This document shows, piece by piece, positions 1 to 9,659 of a stretch of 64,000 bases of DNA; position 1 is the stretch's first letter; each line of letters starts with the position of its first letter. A program made the translations under genes and the position numbers. The stretch comes from an uncultured delta proteobacterium. Its GTDB lineage: Bacteria; Myxococcota_A; Polyangia; Polyangiales; JAFGIB01. The stretch is taken from contig CAVZVA010000003.1 of the NCBI GenBank assembly GCA_963778655.1, positions 320,001 through 384,000 on the forward strand, given 5' to 3'. Below the pieces are notes generated by a model. It ran no database searches. It had not been told where the DNA came from and was given only the letters and a program-made list of their open reading frames with translations.

Positions 1-183
1 CGTCAAGTGCATGGCGGGGTGGCGGACCTCCGTTGGTGTCGCAACCCGAAGGTACCAGAGCCTCGCCATGCGCCTGAAATCCGGCCCCACCAACCCGGGT
101 GCGGCCCTCCGAGCCCCCTGTTTTCAAGCCACTTCCCGCGCCCCACTCACGCAACGCGCGCCCACTCATGCGTCAGGAGAGCC
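1..183 (-). mobile_element. ISL3-family element, terminal part (end IR plus transposase start); continues beyond the window
   Basis: Closely similar to 15841-16025; ends in CCCACTCATGCGTCAGGAGAGCC (reverse complement GGCTCTCC..., ISL3-type end). Minus-strand ATG at 12 reads MHLT versus MQLT in the other copy. Confidence 0.85.
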
Positions 184-741
184 CGAAAATTCTGGGTCCA
201 CCGACCTGCGAAAGCCACCTGGCGAACCGTACGGCTTGCAACGCCTTCTTCTCGAAGTGGGTAACCCCGGCGGGCGCGTGGTAACTCGCGACCGTCAACG
301 ACATGTCCCCAGGGCAATCGCATCAAGAGCACGCATTTTGTAAGCCAATTACGCGAAGCAAGAAGTCGTCATCCCAACCGGCGAGCAGCCTTCGGTTCTT
401 GATGCCGCACTTGGCCTACCAGTTGTCCCCTTTCCACCAACTATCGACTTGATTGTCGTGGGCAACAGGACTGCGCCTTGGGCCAGCAATGCTGTTTCAC
501 CACCGCCGGGACAGCGGACTGCCAGTCAGCATGCGGAGCGTTTGACCTGCGACTGTAGAATCAGGCGGTGAGTGCCCGACTGGACACGCCTGCAATGGCA
601 CACCGGCGGGCCTGCCGTCGGGCGTCTCGGCGTGCAACTGAGCGCGGGGCGCCTCTATGAACGCACCGCGGGTGGCCGGGCTGCGTCCCTTGTCCTCGCC
701 GACTTGGTGCGGGCGGTGGCCGTGCCGAGTAGACTCCCAGC

Positions 742-1359
742 GTGGATCGGCGGGCACACTGGGAACACATCTACGAGACGAGGTCGCCTGCCGCGGTCAG
801 CTGGTATGCGGAGCACCTCGTGGACTCCTTGGCGTTGATCCGCGAGGTCGCGCCTCCCGCCAGCAGCATACTCGACGTTGGCGGTGGGGCGTCGACGCTG
901 GTCGATGATCTGCTCGCAGCAGGGTATTCGAAGCTCGCCGTCCTCGACCTCTCGCAGGCGGCGCTCGACATCGCGCGTGCGCGGTTGGGCGAGCGGGCCG
1001 CGGGCGTGCGCTGGCTGCGCGCAGACATCACCGCGGCGAAGTTGCCGCCCGCGGCCTTCGACGTGTGGCACGACCGCGCGGTGTTCCACTTCCTGACCGG
1101 CGCGGTCGAGCGCCGCGCATACGTCGAGACCTTGCGCGGTTGCCTCGCGCGCGGCGGTCACGTCGTGATCGGCACGTTTTCCCTGCACGGGCCGAAGCGC
1201 TGCAGCGGGCTCGAGGTCGTCCAGTACGACGCAGCGGGGCTAGGCCGCGAACTGGGCGCCGATTTCACGCTGACGAAGGCGCTCGATCGCGTCCACGTCA
1301 CGCCGAGCGGCGCACAGCAGCACTTCGTCATGTGCCGTTTCCGGCACGCAGGCTCATGA
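742..1359 (+). CDS. Class I SAM-dependent methyltransferase
   Basis: ILDVGGGAS motif I, LAVLDLS, FDVWHDRAVFHFL. Confidence 0.9.
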   Translation: MDRRAHWEHIYETRSPAAVSWYAEHLVDSLALIREVAPPASSILDVGGGASTLVDDLLAAGYSKLAVLDLSQAALDIARARLGERAAGVRWLRADITAAKLPPAAFDVWHDRAVFHFLTGAVERRAYVETLRGCLARGGHVVIGTFSLHGPKRCSGLEVVQYDAAGLGRELGADFTLTKALDRVHVTPSGAQQHFVMCRFRHAGS

Positions 1360-1554
1360 CGCGCCCGGCCCAAAGCTCGAGCTCGGCCGCCGACAGGGCA
1401 TGCCCAGTGCCGAAATGCGAATCAGCGCTTCTGCTCCTCGCCCGTGACTTCGCTCCAAGCGGTGACGATGGCGCAACCGACCAATCACCTGGGCAGGGCA
1501 AAGCGAGCTCCGGCGCCTCGACGACCTTGACGAACGGGATGAGCTCGGGCACTT

Positions 1555-1570
1555 TAGACCGAACGGTCTA
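1555..1570. promoter_or_regulatory. NemR-box-like operator upstream of the TetR gene
   Basis: TAGACC-GAAC-GGTCTA palindrome matching TAGACCnnnnGGTCTA. Confidence 0.75.
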
Positions 1571-1590
1571 GCTGGACCTAGCCGGGGCGA

Positions 1591-2166
1591 ATGGCGAGCG
1601 ACACGAAACAGCAGCTGCTCGAGCAGGGCTTGGCGATGCTCCTGAAGCACGGCTACCACGATCTCGGGATCGCGGCGCTGCTCGAGGCAACGGGCGTGCC
1701 GAAGGGGTCGTTCTACCACCACTTCGAGAGCAAGGAGGACTTCGGCATCCGCGTGCTCGACTTCTACATGAGCGGCGTGCATGAGGGCCTTGCGCACTTC
1801 ATGGGCGAAGAGCGCGTCGCGCCGCTCCGGCGGATCCGGAACTTCTTCGAGGCGACAGAGCAGAAGTATCGCGAAGAGGGCTACCTCGGGTGCCTGCTCG
1901 GCGGCCTCGGCCAGGAGCTCTCGGGCGTGAGCGAGACCTTCCGCGAGAAGGTCGAGGGCTGCTTCCGCGTGATCGCGAAGGCCATCAAGGGCTGCCTCGA
2001 CGACGCCGTGAAGAGCGGCGACCTCGCGAAGGGGACCAACACGAAGCAGCTCGCCGATCTGCTCGTGAACTGCTGGGAGGGCGCGGCGCTGCGCACGCGC
2101 ATCCTGCGCGACCCGGCGCCTCTCAAGCAGATGCTCGACTTCTACTTCCGCGCGGCGTCCGCCTAA
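1591..2166 (+). CDS. TetR/AcrR family regulator (NemR-like)
   Basis: HTH GVPKGSFYHHFESKEDF; GCLLGGLGQE and WEGAALR C-terminal motifs. Confidence 0.9.
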   Translation: MASDTKQQLLEQGLAMLLKHGYHDLGIAALLEATGVPKGSFYHHFESKEDFGIRVLDFYMSGVHEGLAHFMGEERVAPLRRIRNFFEATEQKYREEGYLGCLLGGLGQELSGVSETFREKVEGCFRVIAKAIKGCLDDAVKSGDLAKGTNTKQLADLLVNCWEGAALRTRILRDPAPLKQMLDFYFRAASA

Positions 2167-2207
2167 CCGAGTGACGCGAGCGCCGGGCGTTTGCATGTGC
2201 TTTCAAC

Positions 2208-2223
2208 AAGACCGACCGGTCTA
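2208..2223. promoter_or_regulatory. Second NemR-box-like operator, upstream of the globin gene
   Basis: AAGACC-GACC-GGTCTA, one mismatch from the palindrome. Confidence 0.7.
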
Positions 2224-2252
2224 CTACTCGTCAAGACAAAGGAGAAACCAGC

Positions 2253-2630
2253 ATGGACAACCGTTCCCTCTTCGATCGCCTCGGCGGCCGCGACGGTATC
2301 GGCGGCCTCGTCGATGACGTCGTCGCGCTCCATACCGAGAACCCGACGATCCGCGCACGCTTTCGACCCTACCTGGAGCAGCCCGAGCGCCTGGCGACGA
2401 TCAAGCAGCACACGGTGGAGTTCTTCTCGATGGGCAGCGGCGGGCCCGCAACGTATTCCGGCCGGAGCATGCGCGACGCGCACCGCGGGATGAACGTCAG
2501 CGAGGCGGAGTACATGGCCGCGGTCGACGACATCCTGGCGGCGCTCGGTCGGCGAAACATCGACGAGCAGACGCAAAAGGACGTGCTGATGATCGTCTAC
2601 GGGCTCAAGGCGGAGATCCTCCACCTGTAG
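2253..2630 (+). CDS. Group 1 truncated hemoglobin
   Basis: SLFDRLGG, GGPATYSGRSMRDAHRGM motifs; RBS AAGGAG. Confidence 0.9.
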   Translation: MDNRSLFDRLGGRDGIGGLVDDVVALHTENPTIRARFRPYLEQPERLATIKQHTVEFFSMGSGGPATYSGRSMRDAHRGMNVSEAEYMAAVDDILAALGRRNIDEQTQKDVLMIVYGLKAEILHL

Positions 2631-2757
2631 CCGACGCCAGGCGCGGTTTCTTGCCGTCGGAGCGTGCGGCCCGATCGAGCACCCGCGCGGCCCGCGTGCC
2701 CCTCGCGTCGAGCTGGGGCAGGGTCCGCGCGGGGCTCGGATCCCCGCTGCGCCCGCA

Positions 2758-3045
2758 TCAAGACCGCGTCATCGGTCCGATCGTCGAGTTGTAGCAGCAC
2801 TCCGGGTATGCGGTTCCGCAGCGCGTCGGGCCGCCCAGGGTCACGTCGAGGCTCAAGTTGCGCGCGCGGAATCCGCCCGCGACCTGCTCCAGCTCGGCGT
2901 CGGCAAGCTCTGCCGGGTTCGGGGGGCTGGCCTGCTGCTCGGGGGTCAGGCTGTTGCGATACTCGGCGTCTTTCCAGGCACGGACGGCGGATAGTCGGGA
3001 TGAAGAGCCGATTGGAGCGCGGTGCAGTTGCAGGCGAGTTGACAC
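2758..3045 (-). CDS. Mersacidin/lichenicidin-type (class II lanthipeptide) precursor-like peptide; true start uncertain
   Basis: RAWKDAEYRNSL...PNPAELADAELEQVAGG double-Gly leader, then a Ser/Thr/Cys-containing core. Confidence 0.7.
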   Translation of the reverse strand: MSTRLQLHRAPIGSSSRLSAVRAWKDAEYRNSLTPEQQASPPNPAELADAELEQVAGGFRARNLSLDVTLGGPTRCGTAYPECCYNSTIGPMTRS

Positions 3046-3049
3046 ATTG
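2987..3049. repeat. 63-bp dispersed repeat, copy A
   Basis: 60/63 identical to 14523-14585 by manual alignment. Confidence 0.9.
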
Positions 3050-3064
3050 TGCTATGTGCGAAGC

Positions 3065-4941
3065 GTGCGCCGCGAGGCGCGAGGAGGACCGATGAGCTGA
3101 AGAACTCATCAGTGCCCCGGGTCGGGCCGGGCGCTAAGGGCGTCGTGAACCCCGCCTAGGTTGGAATGGCGGGCTGCAAAAGCCGAACGACGTGAACCAC
3201 GGGCAACGAAAGCCTCGCGCTCTCGGTGGCTCGTTACCACAGGTGTCATGGCGAAGCACGCGCGCTCATTGGCGCGCACGTTGAAGCCGGTGTTGGAAGC
3301 CTCTGTATGGAGAAAAAACCGCCTCGTGCGGGAGATGCAGCGCGATCTGGACCGTTTGTTTCGTGCGGTCTGGAGCGCCCGGGCTCACGCCCGGCGCGTC
3401 GTGCGTCTGGTCCCGAATCGACGCCGACCGGAGCTGCCAGGGGTAAAGCCGACCGCCTACAACACCACGGGTTGTCCTCGTGAACGCGGGAACCGCCATC
3501 CGAGCGCCAGAGGTCGGTCTCTGGCAAGCCGCCAAGCCCGGCGACGTCTCGGAGGCGGGACGGAGCCGTCGTAGTAGTCCGAACGCGGGAAAGCCGCGTA
3601 CATGGCGAAGGACGGCAGTAGATGAGCGCAGCGGCGAAGTCGCAGGAGCAAGCCATGTATGTGGTCACTAAGGACGATCGTCTTTGGCTCCTGAACGTGC
3701 AACGCAAGCTGCACGCGCAAAGTCGGCAGCACCCGGACTACGTGTTCGAGAAGCTGTGGGGACTCGTCACCGATCCCCGCAACCTCCGAATCGCCTTCGC
3801 ACGTGTCCACCGCAACCGCGGACGGCGCACCGCGGGCATAGACCGGGTCACGGTGAGGCAAGTGCTGCGCTCGGGGGTCGAGCCATTCTTGCAGCAGGTC
3901 CGCGTGGACCTGCGCGCTGGCGTGTTTCGACCAAGCCCGGTTCGCCGGGTGCTCATTCCGAAAGCGGGCAAACCCGGGAAGTTCCGCCCTCTGGGGATCC
4001 CCACCGTGCAAGACAGGGTCGTTCAGGCCGCAGTGAAGAACATCATGGAGCCCATCTTCGAGGCGGACTTCTACCCCACCTCGTACGGCTTTCGACCTGC
4101 CAAGTCCGTTCACGGGGCCATTGCGCATCTCAAAATGCTGATGCTCCCGAGACCAGACCGACGCGCAAAGAAGCCCGATGTGCTCCCGTACCAGTGGGCG
4201 ATTGAAGGCGATATCAAAGGTTGCTTCGACAACATCGGCCATCACGGTCTGATGCAGCGGGTTCGACGACGTGTCACGGACACGAAGCTCAACCGGCTCG
4301 TCCTGGCATTCCTGAAAGCGGGGATCCTCTCGGAGGCGCGGTTTGTGCGCTCTCCGAGCGGCACACCGCAAGGAGGGATTCTTTCTCCCCTACTCGCCAA
4401 CATCGCGCTGAGCACCATCGACGAGCGGTACGAACGCCATGCTTGGCCACGTGGGCTCGCCACCCGGCGCTCTCACGTGGGTCGACCGAGCAAAGCGCTC
4501 ACCGAGCCCGACGACATTGCCCAGCGCGCGCTCGTCAATCGCGCCAACGACAGGCGGCGCGGTTTTCCGGTCTTGATGCCGATTCGGTACGCCGATGACT
4601 TCATCATCTTGGGCAGCGAACCCGCCGGCGCCCCCGCTGGCGGGCAACTCGCGAACCAAGAGAAGGCCGCCTTGGCGGGGGTGCTCGAGCGCGAGCTCGA
4701 CCTCACGCTCTCCGAGGAAAAGACGCTCGTCACGCCGGTGACGAGCACGATGGCGTTCCTGGGCCACCACGTGCGCGTACGACGCCACCCGAGCTCCGGG
4801 CGACTCGTAGCCCACGCGGTGATCCCCAAGGATCGCTCGAAGCGGTTGAGGCTGACCATCAAGGCGATCTTCTCGAGGGCAACCACGAGAAGTACGCTCC
4901 AGCAACGGCTGACGCTGCTGAATCCCGTGATCAAATCGTGA
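3065..4941 (+). mobile_element. Group II intron, 3'-truncated
   Basis: GTGCG 5' consensus at 3065 (alternative 3056), ~550 nt leader, then an RT ORF; no domain V/VI seen downstream. Confidence 0.75.
3622..4941 (+). CDS. ltrA: Group II intron reverse transcriptase/maturase, truncated in the maturase (X) domain
   Basis: RPLGIPTVQDRVVQ, SYGFRP, EGDIKGCFDNI, GTPQGGILSPLLANI, RYADDF, FLG; ends at LNPVIKS. Confidence 0.9.
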   Translation: MSAAAKSQEQAMYVVTKDDRLWLLNVQRKLHAQSRQHPDYVFEKLWGLVTDPRNLRIAFARVHRNRGRRTAGIDRVTVRQVLRSGVEPFLQQVRVDLRAGVFRPSPVRRVLIPKAGKPGKFRPLGIPTVQDRVVQAAVKNIMEPIFEADFYPTSYGFRPAKSVHGAIAHLKMLMLPRPDRRAKKPDVLPYQWAIEGDIKGCFDNIGHHGLMQRVRRRVTDTKLNRLVLAFLKAGILSEARFVRSPSGTPQGGILSPLLANIALSTIDERYERHAWPRGLATRRSHVGRPSKALTEPDDIAQRALVNRANDRRRGFPVLMPIRYADDFIILGSEPAGAPAGGQLANQEKAALAGVLERELDLTLSEEKTLVTPVTSTMAFLGHHVRVRRHPSSGRLVAHAVIPKDRSKRLRLTIKAIFSRATTRSTLQQRLTLLNPVIKS

Positions 4942-4948
4942 TCGCGCC

Positions 4949-5449
4949 GTGGATCTTGCCGAGCACGGGGGCTGGACCGCGAAGCCGCCTGCGGCCGAGC
5001 TGGCTGCGCACTGGGATCAGCACTTTGCGGCGTGCACGCAGGCGCGCGACGGGTTGGCCGCCACCGTGGACGCGATCGCGCGGGCGGGGGTCCGCATGGG
5101 CGTGGTCACCAATGGGCCGACCGATCGGCAGCGGCGCAAGCTCGATGCGCTGGGTCTGCGCGATCGGTTCGATGCGGTGCTGATCTCGGCGGAGCTCGGG
5201 GTGGAGAAGCCCGACGCGCGGATCTTTGCTGCCGCTACCGCCCAGCTCGGCGTCGATCCGCGCGACTGCGTGTTCGTCGGCGACAACCCCGAAAAGGACG
5301 TCGCCGGCGCGGCGGCCGCCGGCATGCGGGCCGTGTGGCTCCGTGCGGCCTTGCCCTGGCCGCAGCAGATGGCTCCGCCGCGGGAGAGCATCGCCTCGCT
5401 TCGCGAGCTGCTCGATCTCGTCCTCCGCCCGGGTGATCTTGGTCGATGA
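4949..5449 (+). pseudogene. HAD-family hydrolase, 5'-truncated
   Basis: VVTNG, EKPDARIF, FVGDNPEKDV present; N-terminal DxD motif absent. Confidence 0.75.
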
Positions 5450-5657
5450 TCGCGTCGCGCGTGCAGAGCGAGACCTCCACGCGGGCAGCATGGCAACCGC
5501 ACCGCGGCGCGTCACTTGCGGTCTGCGTTCTTCGCGTCGATCGCAGCGGCGAGCGTCGAGGTTGAGCCGATCGGCAAGCGTTGCGGTACTGACACGACGA
5601 TGGGTTTGCGCGCGTGAGCGGGGTCGCTGCCGGCACGCATGCGCAAAAGAGAAGCCG

Positions 5658-6944
5658 ATGCCACGAGCGCGGGTCGCGATCATCACGAGCGTGCTGGTCG
5701 CGCTGGGGGGTATGGCCTGTGCGGGTGGCGGCGGTGGCGGAGGCGGCGCCGGCGGTGCTGGCGCCGCGGTGCAATCGGGTGTGGGCGGGAGAAGGCGCCA
5801 CGGGCTCGGGCGGCGGGTCCGCGCGCGCCGCGCACGCATGCGGGCGCCGGCGGTGGCATGGCCGCGGGCAGCGGTGGTGCCGGCGCCGCCGCAGCAGGCA
5901 GCGGCGGCGCGGACGCGGGAACGGGCGACGCTGCGGGCGCTGGCGGCGCCGGCGCTGCGCCTGCTTCCGGCAGCGGCGGCGCGGCCGCGGCGAGCGACGC
6001 GGGCATGGCGCCATCGAGCGGGGTGTGGCGGCCTTTCGACGACAGCAGCCCCTGGAACACGCCGATCGGCGACAACCCCGAGCTCGAGCCCGACAGCGCC
6101 ACGCGCATCGCCGACCTCGAACGAGCAGCCAGTACGGCTCGCACCTCGACGTCAACATCGCGGGCTATTCCATCCCGCTGTTCGACGCCGACGCCAGCAC
6201 GCCCAAGGTCATGGTGAGCTGCGACCTCGGCGGCCTCGGCTTTCCGGGCAACAACGGCATGACGCCAGCGCCATGGTGCCGTGGCCCGCCGGCGCGACGC
6301 CCGATCCGCAGAGCGACCACCACCTGCTGATCATCGATCACTCGAGCATGACCGAATGGGGGATGTGGAACGTGGTCGACGACGGCGGGCAATGGCACTG
6401 CGGGCTCGGCGCCACCATGGACCTGAGCGGCAGCGGCGTGCGGCCGCTGGCCGAGGGCAACCCGACCTGGTACACGTCGCACGGCCCGCGCGCGTGCGGC
6501 TTTGCGCTGGTCGCGGGGCTGATCCGGCGCGAGGAGATCGCGGCCGGCGCGATCGAGCACGCCCTGATCGTGGCCTACCCGCACATTCAGGCCGGCATCT
6601 GCGCCAGCTTCGCCGGCGAGCACCGCGCAGGCCAAGATCGGCAGCGACGCGATCAAGACCCGCGGCATCCCCTGCGGCGGCCGCATCCAGTACGACCCCG
6701 GCGTCGACGTCGGCGGCCTCGGCGTATCGCCGGCCGGGCAGGCCATCCTGCGCGCATTGCAGCAGTACGGCGCGTACGTGGGCGACTACTCGGGGAGCAT
6801 CAATCTCTACGCCGAAAACTCGGCCGAGGCGCAGCAGGCATGGAGCGGCGTGCTCGACACCTACGCGCTCAGGGACAAGATCGACCTGAGCGACTTCCGC
6901 GTAATCAGCTCGGCCCACAGTACGACAACGGCAACGGGGACTGA
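5658..6944 (+). CDS. Lipoprotein with Gly/Ala linker and conserved C-terminal domain (several apparent frameshifts)
   Basis: Lipobox-like GMAC; segments PFDDSSPWNTPI, SDHHLLIID, GLIRREEIAAGAIEHAL and LQQYGAYVGD lie in different frames. Confidence 0.6.
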   Translation: MPRARVAIITSVLVALGGMACAGGGGGGGGAGGAGAAVQSGVGGRRRHGLGRRVRARRARMRAPAVAWPRAAVVPAPPQQAAAARTRERATLRALAAPALRLLPAAAARPRRATRAWRHRAGCGGLSTTAAPGTRRSATTPSSSPTAPRASPTSNEQPVRLAPRRQHRGLFHPAVRRRRQHAQGHGELRPRRPRLSGQQRHDASAMVPWPAGATPDPQSDHHLLIIDHSSMTEWGMWNVVDDGGQWHCGLGATMDLSGSGVRPLAEGNPTWYTSHGPRACGFALVAGLIRREEIAAGAIEHALIVAYPHIQAGICASFAGEHRAGQDRQRRDQDPRHPLRRPHPVRPRRRRRRPRRIAGRAGHPARIAAVRRVRGRLLGEHQSLRRKLGRGAAGMERRARHLRAQGQDRPERLPRNQLGPQYDNGNGD

Positions 6945-7015
6945 GCGGCGGCGGCGGCGCGCGCCGGCAGCGACGCCACCGCCACGCGGCTGCGCGCGTC
7001 GTGTAGGATGCGGCG

Positions 7016-8184
7016 ATGCCGCGGGGCGCGCGACGCAGCACCAGGGCGACGCACGCGCTGTGGGCGAGCGCGGCCGCGCTGTGCCTGACGTGCGCGAGCC
7101 ATGTGCAGGCGCAGCGCACCTCGTCGCTGAGCTGGGTGCGGCTGCGCGGCACCGAGTCGTGCATCTCGACCCAGGCGCTGGCCGAGCGGGTCGAGCAGCG
7201 TCTGGGCCGGCGCGCGTTCGTGTCCGCCTCGCAGGCCGACCTCTCGCTCGAAGGTCACGTCGAGCGCGCCAGCAACCCTGCCGGGTTCGTGGCGACGCTG
7301 GTGGTGAGCGACCGCGCGGGCCGGGCCCTGGGGCGGCGCGTGCTGCGCGTGGCGGGCGACGATTGCCAGCAGCTCGAGCCCTCGCTGGTGCTGGTGATCG
7401 CGCTCGCAATGAATCCCGGCACCGCGCTGGCGGCTGCAGGCGACTCGGCGCAGCCGCTTTCGCCCGAGGCGCAGGCCATGCTGGAGCAGCTCGGGCTGCC
7501 CGCGCTCAGCGAGCAGCAGCTGCGCGACGAGCTCGCGGTGCCGGAGCCGCACGTGCAGCCGGCCGGGCCACCTGCTGCGGTCGCAGCGCGCGCCGGCGCC
7601 CGCGTCGCGGCCTCGCACCGCGGCCCCGGCGGCCGCGCCGGCCCATGCTCCGCCACGGCTGCGATTGGGCCTGGGTGCGAACGGTGAGCTCGGCGTGCTG
7701 CCCGACCCGGGCCTCGGTCTGAGCTTCGGCCTGACGTGGATGCCCGCATGGCTGTGGCCGATCGACCTGTGGGCCACGGTCCTGGCGCCGCAGCGCATCG
7801 ACGCGGGTCCTGCCGGCGCGCGCGTGCGCTTCAGCTTCGCGGCCGCGGGGCTGGGGCTGTGTCCAGCCTCGCTCGCTTGGGCCGCGCTGCGGGCTGCGTG
7901 CCTGCGCCGGGATGCGGGCGGGCGTGCTTGCGGCGCACGGGCTCGGCTTCGTACAGGGCCGCTCTTCGAGCGGCGCCTGGCTCGCGCCCACGCTCTACAC
8001 CGGGGCCTGGCTGCGGCTGGGCCGCGCGGGCTCGCCGTTTTCGCTCCATGGCACCCTGGGGCTGGGCCTGCCGCTGGTGCGCGACACCTTTCGTTACGAG
8101 GACGCCCAGGGTCGGCTCCGGCCGGTGTACCGGCCGAGCGCGGTCAGCGGAAGGCTCGAGCTCGGCGCGGGCGTGAGCTTTTGA
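7016..8184 (+). CDS. Secreted hypothetical protein of a myxobacterial ECF operon (frameshifted)
   Basis: Signal peptide, LSWVRLRGTESCI motif, beta-barrel-like C-terminus ending GVSF. Confidence 0.55.
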
Positions 8185-8217
8185 TCAAAATCCTTGCCGC
8201 GACGCCGCACTCCACGC

Positions 8218-8830
8218 ATGCCCACAGCAGGAGGAAACGACGGCGCTCACCCGCACCACCGACCGAGCCGAAGCGAGCGGCGCGACCGCCGGCGAGACAC
8301 CCGCCGGCCCCGCGGTCGACGCGCGCGAGTTTCCGGCGCTGTTCGCGGCCGAAGCGCCGCGGGTGTGGCGCGTGGTGCGGCGCATGGGCGTGCCCCAGGC
8401 CGACGTGGAGGACGTCTGCCAGGAGGTCTTTCTGGTGGTGTACCGGCGCTGGAACGAGCTGCGGGTGGAGACCGCGAGGCGCAGCTTCGTCTATGGCATC
8501 GCGCTGCGCAAAGCCATCGGCCACCGCCGCCGCAAGCACCTGCGGGTCACCACTGCGCTCGCCGAGGCGCAGGAGCCGGGCGTGGCGCCCGAGCAGCAGC
8601 GCAGCCTGGAGCGCGCGCAGACGAAGCAGGTGCTGCAGGCCGTGCTCGACAAGCTGAGCGACGAGCAGCGCGAGGTGTTCGTGCTGTACGAGCTGGAGCA
8701 GCTCGCGATGCGTCAGGTCGCCGCAGCCCTCGAGCTGCCGCTGCACACCGCGTATTCGCGGCTGTATGCGGCGCGCGACGCGCTCGCCGCGGAGCTGCGG
8801 CGGCTCGAGCGCAAGGGAGCGTGGCCATGA
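8218..8830 (+). CDS. ECF RNA polymerase sigma factor (5' frameshift; core 8363-8830)
   Basis: DVEDVCQEVFLVV (region 2); REVFVLYELEQL...TAYSRL (region 4). Confidence 0.85.
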
Positions 8831-8849
8831 GCCAGGAGCGGGTGCAGCC

Positions 8850-9584
8850 ATGAGCAAGCGCGAAAATCCGGTGCGGTGGAGCGAAGGCGGCGGGGCGCCG
8901 GAGGGCTTTTCCGCCTTGCTGCGTGGCGACGATGCCGCGCCGCCGGACGCCGCACAGCTCGCGCGCGTGCTCGACCGCGTGGCGCGGCAGGTCGCGCGGC
9001 CCGAGCTGTCGCAGGCGCTGCGCAGCGAGCTGTCCGCGGGCGCAGGCGCGGCCGGCGGCCCGGCGCCGCGTTGTTCCGGCAAGCTCGCGCTCGGCATCGC
9101 GCTGGTCGCGCTCGGGCTCGGCGCGTGGCTGATCGCTTCGCCGCGTGCCCAGCGGGTGGGCTCCGCGCCCGTGCCGCTGCGCGCACCCGCGCCGCGCCCG
9201 ACGCCCCGGCCCGCGAGCTCCGCACCGGCCGCGCATGCCGCGCTGCCCGCAGCGGCGACCGCGCCCGTGGCCGCGCGTGCCGCACGCCGCGCGTCCCGCA
9301 TGCAGGCGGAGCGACCCGACCCCACGGCGGAGCTCGCGCTGCTCGAGCGCGCCCAGCGCGCGCTGCCCGACGCGCCTGCCCAGGCGCTCGCGCTCGCAGA
9401 GCAGCACCGCAAGCGCTTCGCTCGCGGACAGTTCGTGCAGGAACGGGAGATGCTCGCGATCGAGGCCCTGCTGCGGCTGGGGCGCCGCGCGGAGGGGCAG
9501 CGGCGTGGCCACGCGCTTGCCCGCCAGCATCCCCACTCGAGCTATCTGCCTCGCCTGCACGATTTGCTAACGTCATCGCCGTGA
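8850..9584 (+). CDS. Putative anti-sigma factor with TM segment and C-terminal helical domain
   Basis: Directly follows the ECF gene; ELALLERAQRAL...EREMLAIEAL motif. Confidence 0.65.
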   Translation: MSKRENPVRWSEGGGAPEGFSALLRGDDAAPPDAAQLARVLDRVARQVARPELSQALRSELSAGAGAAGGPAPRCSGKLALGIALVALGLGAWLIASPRAQRVGSAPVPLRAPAPRPTPRPASSAPAAHAALPAAATAPVAARAARRASRMQAERPDPTAELALLERAQRALPDAPAQALALAEQHRKRFARGQFVQEREMLAIEALLRLGRRAEGQRRGHALARQHPHSSYLPRLHDLLTSSP

Positions 9585-9659
9585 GCAGACCAGATTCGGC
9601 CGCCCCACGCGTGCGCGCGCGCACGCCGAGGCGCCTGCGCCGCCGTCGCGGCGTGCTTC

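Noticed and set aside
184..700. Possible gene in the lower-GC stretch after the first ISL3 end
   Set aside because: No recognisable ORF or motif.
3622..4941. RT as retron, DGR or defence-associated RT
   Set aside because: Motifs and the upstream GTGCG leader fit a group II intron; no TR/VR pair or msr-msd seen.
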